Assembly (NCBI GenBank): GCA_950097015.1
Contig: CATNEN010000038.1
Coordinates: 4,526,001-4,590,000 of the forward strand
Length of the DNA: 64,000 nt
Direction: 5' to 3'
Source of the DNA: Macrostomum hystrix
Taxonomy: Eukaryota; Animalia; Platyhelminthes
A program made the translations under genes and the position numbers. Shown here piece after piece: positions 41,004 through 52,496 of this stretch. The notes under the pieces were generated by a model. That model was not told the DNA's origin and did not search any database. It was given only the letters and a program-made list of their open reading frames with translations. Each line of letters opens with the position of its first letter. Within the stretch, counting starts at the first letter, position 1.

Positions 41004-41738
41004 GAGTCCTTCAGGATCACTCCCTCCAGTCCTTCAGGATTACTCCAGTCCTTCAGGATCACTCCAGTCCTTCAGGATCACTCCCTCCAGTCCTTCACGA
41101 AGGAATGAGTCCTTCAGGATCACTCCCTCCAGTCCTTCAGGATCACTCCAGTCCTTCAGGACCACTCAAGTCCTTCAGTACCACTCAAGGCCTTCAGGAT
41201 CACTCCAGTCCTTCAGGACCACTCAAGGCCTTCAGGATCACTCCAGTCCTTCAGGACCACTCCAGTCCTTCAGGATCACTCCAGTCCTCCAGGCTCACTC
41301 CAGTCCTTCAGAGTCACTCCAGTCCTCCAGGCTCACTCCAGTCCTTCAGAGTCACTCCATTCCTTCAGGATCACTCCCTCCAGTCCTTCAGGATCACTCC
41401 CTCCAGTCCTTCAGGATCACTCCCTCCAGTCCTTCAGGATCACTCCCTCCAGTCCTCCAGGATCACTCGTCCTTCAGGATCACTCCCTCCAGTCCTTCAG
41501 GATCACTCCCTCCAGTCCTTCAGGATCACTCCCTCCAGTCCTCCAGGATCACTCGTCCTTCAGGATCACTCCCTCCAGTCCTTCAGGATCACTCCCTTCA
41601 GTCCTTCAGGATCACTCCCTCCAGTCCTTCAGGATCACTCCAGTCCTTCAGGACCACTTAAGTCCTTCAGTACCACTCAAGGCCTTCAGGATCACTCCAG
41701 TCCTTCAGGACCACTCAAGGCCTTCAGGATCACTCCTG
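41004..41738 (+). repeat. 19/23-bp minisatellite CCTTCAGGATCACTCC(CTCC)AGT, left arm of an inverted pair
   Basis: Direct reading. Confidence 0.95.
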
Positions 41739-42238
41739 AATTCAAAGTTATCATTAAAACTGTATGAAAAAGCACTGTCAGAATGTAAAACTGACACAGC
41801 CCAGTACACTCTAAAGCCTAATGAGGCTGACGCATGCTATCACAGGACTGTGATTTGGGCTAATAGAATAAAAAGCGCTGGGCTATAAGTTAGGCAATGG
41901 GTGGCTGGGAAGAAATCCCAAAGCCAATACGTATTACTAGTCCTGGGAAATCTGGCTGCTCACAGAGGGCAGAAAGAGAGGATTCGGACAGAAAAAAATT
42001 GAAATTTACTGTGCGTGCGAGGTCAGAGGAAGTTTATTTTTTCCACTAGTAGCGAGTTTTTCCACTGGCAATAGACTGCTTAGCCGGGGGTGGCTGTGCT
42101 AGCTTCAGTCTAGGCGAGAGTGCGAAAATGAAGATGAATTGAAGGCTTAATGAAGTGCGACTTATTGGAATTGTGGAAAATGAATTATACGAGCTCAAAA
42201 GAAATGCATTCGAATAATGCAATACTGGACGAATAAAT

Positions 42239-43021
42239 GGACTGGAGGGAGTGATCCTGAAAGACTGGAGTGATCCTGGAGGACTGGAGTGGTCCTGAAG
42301 GACTGGAGGGAGTGATCCTGAATGACTGGAGTGATCCTGGAGGACTGGAGAGAGTGATCCTGAAGGACTGGAGTGATCCTGGAGGACTGGAGGGAGTGAT
42401 CCTGAAGGATGAGTGATCCTGGAGGACTGGAGAGAGTGATCCTGGAGGACTGGAGTGATCCTGGAGGACTGGAGGGAGTGATCCTGAAGGACTGGAGTGG
42501 TCCTGAAGGACTGGAGTGATCCTGAAGGACTGGAGGGATCCTGAAGGACTGGAGTGGTCCTGAAGGACTGGAGTGATCCTGAAGGACTGGAGTGATCCTG
42601 AAGGACTGGAGTGGTCCTGAAGGACTGGAGTGACTGTGAAGGACTGGAGTGGTCCTGAAGGACTGGAGTGATCCTGGAGGACTGGAGTGGTCCTAAAGGA
42701 CTGGAGTGACTCTGAAGGACTGGAGTGATCCTGGAGGACTGGAGTGGTCCTGAAGGACTGGAGTGATCCTGAAGGACTGGAGTGGTCCTGAAAGACTGGA
42801 GTGACTGTGGAGGACTGGAGGGAGTGACCCTGAAGGACTGGAGTGACCCTGAAGGACTGGAGGGAGTGATCCCGAAGGACTGGAGTGACCCTGAAGGACT
42901 GGAGTGACCCTGAAGGACTGGAGGCAGTGACCCTGAAGGACTGGAGGCAGTGATCCTGAAGGACTGTATAGAGTGAACCTGAAGGACTGGTAGCAGTGAC
43001 CCTGAAGGACTTGAGGGAGTG
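42239..43021 (-). repeat. Same 19/23-bp minisatellite in the opposite orientation (ACTGGAGTGATCCTGAAGG), right arm
   Basis: Reverse complement of the 41004-41738 unit. Confidence 0.95.
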
Positions 43022-43673
43022 TAGAACGCTATCATGAAGTATTTGCAAGTATAATAATGAAGGTAAAGGAAGCAGATATCTGCTTAAGGAAGCAGGTATA
43101 ATAGCTCAGGTTGTAGTGCAATCAAAAAAGGTTTAGCTAGACTATCGGCCTAAATCATCCATGCATTGTATGGCAAACTGTTACAACATTTTAGTCACTT
43201 TTCCCTTTGTCGGCTGCAATATTAGTTGCTACATCCTTATTGTGCATAGTATTCTGACTTTATTCTAAGTGCGTTACATATAATACTCAATCCTCGCTTG
43301 ATTTTATACAATGGCCACGCCAAGCCCGGCCTTTGATTATCCAGGCTTTCCCTCTTCATTCTTTAGCTTTCTGTCGTTATTGCTGCTTTCTCATTTTCCG
43401 CCGCCCCCTAACAGGTGGTAGAAGTGCATGGGTTCAAATTTTGGCGCATTTTTTTGCTTCGATGAAGCCAGCATCCCAGCATGTGCGGCCCACAATGGAC
43501 TTTTTAGAGGCTTTATTGAAGCCTTTATTACTCGCATGTGTGCTTGTATACATACTGTGCTGTTGACTGCGGGTTGTAAGCCCTTTCTGTGTTCTGTGTG
43601 TGCTCACAGTTTTTATTGCCAATCCTATCTCCACATCAAAGTACCCTGTTTCAACTCGGATGATCTCAGCTGT

Positions 43674-44813
43674 AGTAGATGGGATACTCAAAGAGTAGAT
43701 GGGATACTCAAAGAGTAGATGGGATACTCAAAGAGTAGATGGGATACTCAAAGAGTAGATGGGATACTCAAAGAGTAGATGGGATACTCAAAGAGTAGAT
43801 GGGATACTCAAAGAGTAGATGGGATACTCAAAGAGTAGATGGGATACTCAAAGAGTAGATGGGATACTCAAAGAGTAGATGGGATACTCAAAGAGTAGAT
43901 GGGATACTCAAAGAGTAGATGGGATACTCAAAGAGTAGATGGGATACTCAAAGAGTAGATGGGATACTCAAAGAGTAGATGGGATACTCAAAGAGTAGAT
44001 GGGATACTCAAAGAGTAGATGGGATACTCAAAGAGTAGATGGGATACTTAAAGAGTAGATGGGATACTCAAAGAGTAGATGGGATACATACTCAAAGAGT
44101 AGATGGGATACTCAAAGTGTAGATGGGATACTCAAAGAGTAGATGGGATACTCAAAGAGTAGATGGGATACTCAAAGAGTAGATGGGATACTCAAAGAGT
44201 AGATGGGATACTCAAAGAGTAGATGGGATACTTAAAGAGTAGATGGGATACTCAAAGAGTAGATGGGATACATACTCAAAGAGTAGATGGGATACTCAAA
44301 GTGTAGATGGGATACTCAAAGAGTAGATGGGATACTCAAAGAGTAGATGGGATACTCAAAGAGTAGATGGGATACTCAAAGAGTAGATGGGAAACTTAAA
44401 GAGTAGATGGGATACTCATAGAGTAGATGGGATACTCATAGAGTAGATGGGATACCCAAAGAGTTGATGGGATACTCATAGAGTAGATGGGATACTCATA
44501 GAGTAAATGGGATACTCAAAGAGTAGATGGGATACCCAAAGAGTTGATGGGATACTCATAGAGTAGATGGGATACTCATAGAGTAAATGGGATACTCAAA
44601 GAGTAGATAGGATACTCAAAGAGTAGATGGGATACTCAAAGTGTAGATGGGATACTCAAAGAGTAGATGGGATACTTAAAGAGTAGATGGGATACTTAAA
44701 GAGTAGATGGGATACTCAAAGAGTAGATGGGATACTTAAAGAGTAGATGGGATACTCAAAGAGTAGATGGGATACTTAAAGAGTAGATGGGGTACTCAAA
44801 GAGTAGATGGGAT
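43674..44813. repeat. 20-bp minisatellite GAGTAGATGGGATACTCAAA
   Basis: Direct reading; dyad GAGTA-N7-TACTC. Confidence 0.98.
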
Positions 44814-44934
44814 TTTTGGGAAGTAGATAGAGGGCTTTGATCGAGCTAATCGTGGAGTAGGATTCATCGATAAATAAAGTCAGTTGCTCATGCTCATTCA
44901 TCAGGGCTTTATGTACTACCGAAAGTTTGCAGCC

Positions 44935-45399
44935 ATGTCTGCAGTTCGCAGAGTACTACTAGCAGTAGATGGCAGCGAGCACTCCGATAGGGCACTGAAG
45001 TTCTACGCCGATAGTGTCTGGCAGCCAAACGATGAGGTGATCTTCGTCTATTGCGTTGAGCCGCCGCGTCTCTCCCTCGGCGACATAGTGTCCACCGGGG
45101 CGGCAGACGCCTTTGCCAAAGGCGTTGAGTCCGCCATTGAAGAAGGCCATAGGCTAGCTGACGAGCTCAGAGCCAAATGCACAGCCATGGGCCTAACTAG
45201 CACTGTGCGCTTCGTGGAACGCATGGAACCCAATGGGCCCGGCCCAGCCATTGTGGATGTCAGCCAGGAGGAGGGCGTCACCTGCATTGTGCTGGGCACA
45301 AGAGGCCGCGGCAAGGTCAGGAGAACCTTTCTAGGAAGCGTGTCCGACTATGTGCTGCATCACTCGCGCAAGCCTGTGCTCATTGTGCCCCCGCAGTGA
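44935..45399 (+). CDS. Universal stress protein (USP domain), intronless CDS
   Basis: RRVLLAVDGSEHSDRAL...IVLGTRGRGKVRRTFLGSVSDYVLHHSRKPVLIVP; ATP-binding G-x2-G-x9-G-S motif. Confidence 0.95.
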   Translation: MSAVRRVLLAVDGSEHSDRALKFYADSVWQPNDEVIFVYCVEPPRLSLGDIVSTGAADAFAKGVESAIEEGHRLADELRAKCTAMGLTSTVRFVERMEPNGPGPAIVDVSQEEGVTCIVLGTRGRGKVRRTFLGSVSDYVLHHSRKPVLIVPPQ

Positions 45400-45411
45400 G
45401 GTCTCTTGCCT

Positions 45412-45797
45412 TCTGACTGTCTTCTCCCACCTGACTGTCTTCTCCCACCTGACTGTCTTCTCCCACCTGTCTGTCTTCTCCCACCTGACTGTCTTCTCCC
45501 ACCTGACTGTCTTCTCCAACCTGACTGTCTTCTCCCACCTGACTGTCTTCTCCCACCTGACTGTCTTCTACCACCTGACTGTCTTCTCCCACCTGACTGT
45601 CTGTCTTCTACCACCTGACTGTCTTCTCCCACCTGACTGTCTTCTCCCACCTGTCTTCTACCACCTGACTGTCTTCTCCCACCTGACTGTCTTCTCCCAC
45701 CTGACTGTCTTCTACCACCTGACTGTCTTCTCCCACCTGACTGTCTTCTACCACCTGACTGTATTCTAACACTAGACTTCTCCCATCTCCCACCTGA
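45412..45797. repeat. 18-bp minisatellite CTGACTGTCTTCTCCCAC starting ~13 nt after the USP stop
   Basis: Direct reading. Confidence 0.96.
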
Positions 45798-46283
45798 GTG
45801 TCTTATCAAATGTATATTTGCTTTATTACAAAGCAGAGAGCTTCGTTTAGTAGTTAAGACTTTATAGTTTATAATTTATTTTATTTCATTTTAATAGACT
45901 CGGTACATCTCCTTTGTTTTACTGATTCTCTTTCGCTTTTATTGTCGCTGTTTTAGTTGCTCAGAATCGATTTTATTTAAATCAGTAATTATCTTACTAT
46001 AAAATATTATTTCTATCACCAACTCTGTGATATCAATGCTTATGCGCTTTTCTGTTGCAGCTTCTGTATCTCATCGACCTAAGTCACATATTTGCATAAT
46101 CAGGATAAGTGTTTTTGTTGATGTCTGTATTGATAAGGGCTTTAAAAAAGCATTGTATTTATCAGGTTTTCTGTCGGATTAAAACCTACACACATAGATA
46201 AGTAAACCTATTCTCTAGCTTCCTTCTTCTATTACTCGCTTTTTTGCTTTTGCAGTTGTGTTTTAGTTGTGTTTGCAGCAGTT

Positions 46284-46670
46284 AGGGCGGATAGCTCAGT
46301 CAGTAAGGTGTCGGACTCTGGATCAGATGGTCCTGGGTTCGACTCCCGACCTAGTCTAGAACTATTCGTGCAGCCTTTGGCAAGCTGCTTTGCCCTGATG
46401 TGCACACAGTCTACTCAGCTGCAAATGAGTACCGACGAAATAATAATTCCGGCTGGCGTGGAATACTCGTAAAGCAGTTCTGTGCGGCAATTCTGTGGGG
46501 TGTGGATGCTGCCGATATGTTTGGAAAAATAAATTCCATTGCTGACACGCGGCTGTCAACCGGTGTCCGAGAGAGCCGGGGAGTACAATAGGTGTGCAGT
46601 CCCCGCCTGCTAGTGTGCCTGACACACAAGACCTGCACTGGCCCTTGGGTCTAGTGTCATATATTATTAT
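46284..46670 (+). mobile_element. Near full-length tRNA-derived SINE with a CORE-like central domain and a (TAT)n tail
   Basis: GGGCGGATAGCTCAGTCAGTAAG A-box, GGGTTCGACTCCC B-box, CCTTTGGCAAG...GTCTACTCAGCTGCAAATGAGTACC, ends TATTATTATTAT. Confidence 0.8.
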
Positions 46671-47173
46671 AGTTTTCTGCGCGATCTTCTCTGTGATTAG
46701 CAGTATTGTTAGCTGGCGCTGATCATTTGTGCATTACAGCACTTCATTTTAGCAGAACATTTCCAATTAGTCCTAACGGAGCTTTTCGTATTTACTGCTG
46801 TTTATTACTCTGTGACTCAACTGCGATCTTTAAATGTCTGCTTTTTAGCTTTTCTTGCCTACCATTTTTTCTGTCATTTTGTTTTTAATCAGGTTTTTAT
46901 TTACATTTCGAACGCTCAGATGCATCGTGTCTGCCTACTTATTTGTTAGTAGCAAGGTGTGATTTTTCACTCTGTATTTGACTAGATAAGTCTCACAGCT
47001 AGGCTATTATTCTAAAATACAGCTTTTTGTCTTATTCAAAAAACATGTCAAGACTTTTTGTTTATTTTTTTACCTAGCTTGCGTACTCATCAGATTGTAC
47101 TTTATGTGCTACTTACAAAAGTACATTTGATGTACTATTTTCATAGCTATCTCTGCGCAATTTTCCAGCTGTC

Positions 47174-48303
47174 ATGTCCGTCAGCAGCAGGCTTAGTCGC
47201 CGCATACTTATCGCCGTTGATGGCAGCGACCACAGCGACCGCGCCATCCGCTGGTACGCCGCCAACATGAAGCGCCCAGACGATGAGCTTCTATTCGTCT
47301 ATGTTGTTGAGCCGCCCGCTGTTTCCATAGCAACGCGACTTACTCACGCCGATATAACTGCCGCATACGCCAAGGTTACTTTAATATGAATAGTTTTTGT
47401 TAGGATTACATGAAGATACTGTTTTAATGCCGACACGCAGCCAGCGACGAGGCCATTCTGTCCTGACTTTCTACATCGTCAGGCAGTGTATGTAGGTTGG
47501 CCCTTACACAGTAGAACTACCAAGGGGGAATCCCCCCGTGACAATTATTTGTTCTGCACTCGAACGGAGCAACGCAAGCACACGAAACTCAAGAACATGC
47601 GTCACATTGTTGTTGCGCATCTTCTGAAACAAAACTACCAGACTACAAGACAAAACTACCAGACTACAAGACAAAACTACCAGACTACAAGACAAAACTA
47701 CCAGACTACAAGACAAAACTACCAGACTACAAGACAAAACTACCAGACTACAAGACAAAACTACCAGACTACAAGACAAAACTACCAGACTACAAGACAA
47801 AACTACCAGACTACAAGACAAAACTACCAGACTACAAGACAAAACTACCAGACTACTAGACAAAACTACAAGAAGAAAATCACGGAAAAATGTCGGTATT
47901 CGAACTCATGACCGCATGGATGGCCGTGTCGCACTCCCCATCAGCTACTGAATTGGTTAGGCTAGATAGCATAGCACAGCGATTCTCTCCCCACCTGCAG
48001 GAAGTGGACAAAGCCATGGACTTCGGCCACCGACTAGCCGCTTCGATTAGGGAAAAGTGCAACTCGGTCGGCATCGGCCAGACCATTCGCTTCTTGGAGC
48101 GCATGGATACAAGGCCCGGCCCGGCGCTGATCGAGGTGGCCAACGAGGAGAGGGCCGGTTTCATTCTCATGGGCAGCCGTGGACAGGGCCGGGTACGCCG
48201 CACCTTCCTTGGCAGCGTGTCCGAGTTCGTGCTGCACCACGCGCACCGGCCTGTGTGTATCGTGCCACCGCCGCCTGGCGATGACTCTGATCTGGCCGGC
48301 TAG
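47174..48303 (+). CDS. Universal stress protein paralogue; exons 47174-47374, 48001-48303
   Basis: RRILIAVDGSDHSDRAI...ILMGSRGQGRVRRTFLGSVSEFVLHHAHRPVCIVP; phase-0 GT-AG intron. Confidence 0.93.
47430..47490 (-). mobile_element. Fragment of the ~230-bp dispersed element in the intron of the second USP gene
   Basis: CGCAGCCAGCGACGAGGCCATTCTG and CCTGACTTTCT..ATCGTCAGGCAGTGTA match the reverse complement of parts of 55228-55325. Confidence 0.7.
47630..47870. repeat. 21-bp minisatellite CAAAACTACCAGACTACAAGA in the intron of the second USP gene
   Basis: Direct reading. Confidence 0.97.
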
Positions 48304-48357
48304 AAATAATAGCTCTATTGGCATTCTAACTTTTGGCATTGGATTGTGAATCACCTC

Positions 48358-48865
48358 AGTCTAAATTATCACTAAATTCTAGTCTACAATATCCCTGAAT
48401 TTTCGTCTAAAATATCCCTACATTTTCGTCTAAAATATCCCTATTATAGTCTAAAATATCCCTAAATTTTAGTCTAAAATATCCCTACATTTTCGTCTAA
48501 AATATCCCTATTATAGTCTAAAATATCCCTAAATTTTAGTCTAAAATATCCCTACATTTTAGTCTAAAATATCCCTACATTATAGTCTACAATATCCCTA
48601 CATTATAGTCTACAATATCCCTACATTATAGTCTACAATATCCCTACATTATAGTCTAAAATATCCCTACATTATAGTCTACAATATCCCTACATTATAG
48701 TCTAAAATATCCCTACATTATAGTCTACAATATCCCTACATTATAGTCTACAATATCCCTACATTATAGTCTAAAATATCCCTACATTATATTTTAAAAT
48801 ATCCCTACATTATAGTTTAAAATATCCCTGAAGTTTCGTCTAAAATATCCCCTCGTTTTAGTCTC
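48358..48865. repeat. 23-bp minisatellite TATAGTCTA(A/C)AATATCCCTACAT downstream of the second USP gene
   Basis: Direct reading. Confidence 0.94.
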
Positions 48866-50114
48866 TGTAATACCTAAATTCTATTCTAGATTATCCCCTA
48901 ATTTTTAAGCAGAATTATCCAATCCAAATTAGCCTAAAAATGCCTGATTTTGTTCTAAACTCCCCTAACCCACTTTTTAGTCTAAATTATCCCTTTATTG
49001 TATTCTTAAGTTTATCCCTGTATGAAAATTGCTGATATTTTCATTTGAATTCTCATTTAGTTTTGATATCCAAGCAGACTTTAATTCGATTGTAAAGGGA
49101 ATGCCAAGTATGTACACACGCAAATGGATGTTTTCCTATTCGATAATGTTAATTGATTCGCTAACAACTTTTACCCAGCAGACACCGTTGCTTTTAGATG
49201 AGTTTGAGCATCTTTTGCTTTCAATCGGAAAGCAATTAATTCATTCTAGCTCGTATTTGAATTCTTTTTAATCAGATATTTTCAATCGTTTTCTGTTATT
49301 ACAAATAAATTGCTGAATTTCACAAAATGGCATGTTGATTATTTGGCATGTGTGGACCTTTTTCCTATTTTATGGCTAGTTGGATGGCTAGACTAGTCAA
49401 ATTGACAAAATATTTTTTGAACTAAATGAACATTATAACTGTTGGACGTTTTAATTGCATAGTCGATCTCAACTTGCATTAGAAAAAAACATTTTTTGAG
49501 ATGAAAGGGAAATGTAATTAACATTTGCTAACATTAACAAATGTTAATATATTTAGTTTATGGCCAAACCCTATTTAGAAATGGGAAATTAGTTTCGTAA
49601 CTAAATTTTTGTAGAAAAGTTCAAGACTATAGCTGTACTTTTCTATCACAGAATGGCAAACCCAAATGAGAGGGTTATTTGAAACCAAAATCAATGTCTA
49701 GCCAAAAAATTCTTCATGTGTCTATTTTTGTCCACTTCATCCAGGCATTTAAAAACTTATTTTTACGTACTCAGCAATAGAAATATAATCTATACGCATT
49801 CTCATAGTACTTCCAATTTCTACTCGGTTTAGCATCTTGCCTGTTAATGAGTTTATGAATGTACAAAATATTGATTTTTATTATCATTTCCTCTTGTTAC
49901 TACTCAGATGTTTTTACAGCTAAGTAGTGTGCTTGATCAGCTTTTTTTATTGTTAGTTTTACTGCGCTTTAGCTTCCAAAAGTGTACATACACAGAAATA
50001 TATTTATATACAATAAATAGAATTGCATTGGACTTATTTTGGCAATGTTAAAAACATACCGGGCTTGTCTTTTTGGACGGGTTATTACTAAACAAACGTG
50101 TTAAAAGTACGATA

Positions 50115-50310
50115 AAGAAAGGGGAGAGAACGCCGGTAGAAAATAGGTAAGGTTGAGGAATAGAGAAGGAGCGAAGGAGAAGGAGAAGAGAGGGAAGGAG
50201 GAGGAGGAGAGAGGGAAGGGGGAGAGAGGAAAGGAGGAGGAGAGGGAAGGAGGAGGAGGAGAGGGAAGGAGGAGGAGGAGAGAAGGTAGTAAAATAGAAG
50301 AGGCGAGGCA
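50115..50310. repeat. GA-rich low-complexity tract
   Basis: Polypurine composition (GGA/GAG). Confidence 0.8.
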
Positions 50311-50473
50311 GTAGTAGTAGAGTGAACAGAAGGGACAGTTTTGAAGGTGAATGGCAGCCTAGGCAGCCAGTTCTCAGTCTCCGGATGACCGCAGTCGCCA
50401 GTCCCCGTTCCCTCCTCAGGCTTCCGCATCTTCCGCTTCGTCGTTCATCGACTCCTCGTCGTCCGCTGCGGCC

Positions 50474-50938
50474 ATGTCGCCTGATGCCGCAGCCGCCGCC
50501 GCAGCCGATGATGTCAGCATGGCGGGCATTCCGCTATGGCTGACAGACCGTCAGCTGGCTGCCATTCCGGTGCGCGACCTGAACCGCCTCATGGAGCAGC
50601 AGCGGCTGACGGAGGAGCAGATCGGCCGGGTGAAGCGCTACAGGCGAATGCTGAAGAATCGCGAATACGCGCTTTCGTCCAATCGGCGCAAGGACGAGCT
50701 CTGCGTGGAACTGGAGCGGCAGCGCGACGAGTTGCGTCAGCTCGCAGCCACCCAGGCCGCCGGCCTCCGGTGTCAGCGCGGCCGCATCGACGAGTGGCAG
50801 GCCAAGATCGCCGGCCTGGAGGTCCTGCTGGCTGGCCAGGCGGAGCTGCGGGAGGCTCCGCCCGGCTTCGCCATGCTGACTGCCGAGGAGGCCTCCGTCG
50901 ACAACACCAGCACCGTGCCCAAGTCTGAGTCCCACTGA
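50474..50938 (+). CDS. Divergent Maf-family bZIP protein; the frame is open from 50363, so an upstream exon is possible
   Basis: Extended homology region LTDRQLAAIPVRDLNRL and basic region KRYRRMLKNREYA (Maf: LKQKRRTLKNRGYA) followed by a heptad zipper. Confidence 0.8.
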   Translation: MSPDAAAAAAADDVSMAGIPLWLTDRQLAAIPVRDLNRLMEQQRLTEEQIGRVKRYRRMLKNREYALSSNRRKDELCVELERQRDELRQLAATQAAGLRCQRGRIDEWQAKIAGLEVLLAGQAELREAPPGFAMLTAEEASVDNTSTVPKSESH

Positions 50939-51142
50939 GTCTGTGCTCAGTCCATTGTCTGTGCTCAGTCCATTGTCTGTGCTCATTCCATTGTCTGTGC
51001 TCAGTCCATTGTCTGTGCTCAGTCCATTGTCTGTGCTCAGTCAATTGTCTGTGCTCAGTCAATTGTCTGTGCTCAGTCCATTGTCTGTGCTCAGTCAATT
51101 GTCTGTGCTCAGTCCATTGTCTGTGCTCAGTCCATTGTCTAT
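50938..51142. repeat. 18-bp minisatellite GTCTGTGCTCAGTCCATT starting at the Maf stop codon
   Basis: Direct reading. Confidence 0.96.
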
Positions 51143-51537
51143 GGTCTTCACTACCGCCGCCCGCTCTGTGTTGCCCTGTTATTTTGCATTTCTCACTCAT
51201 TATCCCTCGAGTTTCTCATTCATTATTTCTCCAGTTACTATTTTCCATAGATTTCTACAAATCCAACTTTCTCCCAAAAAATTCTCCTTTCTTCCCAACT
51301 TTCTCCCAAATCAGTTGTCCACATTTCCCCTACGTACATAAACTCTAGTTTTTTAGACTGAAACTTGTTTTGCTTTATAGTATGCACTGTAAATTTGCTC
51401 ATTCGTTCATTTTTTCTCTCGCTTATTTACTCAGGAGTTTTGGCGTAAAAGCACTTGTTAAAAAATACATTAAAACATTTGTCAGTTCTTGGCTGCAGTT
51501 AAAAACGTTTTTATTTATTCCGATTTTTCCCTAATAA

Positions 51538-52423
51538 AGTGCCATTAGCCTAGTCTGTCAGTGCCATTAGCCTAGTCTGTCAGTGCCATTAGCCTAGTCT
51601 GTCAGTGCCATTAGCCTAGTCTGTCAGTGACATTAGCCTAGTCTGTCAGTGACATTAGCCTAGTCTGTCAGTGACATTAGCCTAGTCTGTCAGTGCCATT
51701 AGCCTAGTCTGTTAGTGACATTAGCCTAGTCTGTCAGTGGCATTAGCCTAGTCTGTCAGTGACATTAGCCTAGTCTGTCAGTGCCATTAGCCTAGTCTGT
51801 CAGTGGCATTAGCCTAGTCTGTCAGTGACATTAGCCTAGTCTGTCAGTGCCATTAGCCTAGTCTGTCAGTGACATTAGCCTAGTCTGTCAGTGCCATTAG
51901 CCTAGTCTGTCAGTGGCATTAGCCTAGTCTGTCAGTGACATTAGCCTAGTCTGTCAGTGCCATTAGCCTAGTCTGTCAGTGACATTAGCCTAGTCTGTCA
52001 GTGTCATTAGCCTAGTCTGTCAGTGCCATTAGCCTAGTCTGTCAGTGCCATTAGCCTAGTCTGTCAGTGACATTAGCCTAGTCTGTCAGTGCCATTAGCC
52101 TAGTCTGTCAGTGGCATTAGCCTAGTCTGTCAGTGCCATTAGCCTAGTCTGTCAGTGCCATTAGCCTAGTCTGTCAGTGCCATTAGCCTAGTCTGTCAGT
52201 GACATTAGCCTAGTCTGTCAGTGCCATTAGCCTAGTCTGTCAGTGGCATTAGCCTAGTCTGTCAGTGCCATTAGCCTAGTCTGTCAGTGACATTAGCCTA
52301 GTCTGTCAGTGCCATTAGCCTAGTCTGTCAGTGGCATTAGCCTAGTCTGTCAGTGCCATTAGCCTAGTCTGTCAGTGACATTAGCCTAGTCTGTCAGTGC
52401 CATTAGCCTAGTCTGTCAGTGGC
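51538..52423. repeat. 22-bp minisatellite GTG(C/A/G)CATTAGCCTAGTCTGTCA
   Basis: Direct reading; one hypervariable position. Confidence 0.98.
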
Positions 52424-52496
52424 CTATTAATTTTTATCTGCCAATTAAACTCAGGCTAAAAACTTTGCAGCAACAGAAATCAACAGAACTCAAGTT

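Noticed and set aside
46284-46355. Functional tRNA gene (also 20311, 23790, 28375)
   Set aside because: No convincing acceptor stem or oligo-T terminator; most continue into SINE-like core sequence
44935-48303. USP genes as bacterial contamination or recent HGT
   Set aside because: One has a spliceosomal intron, both sit among host repeats, and USPs are established in flatworms and other invertebrates
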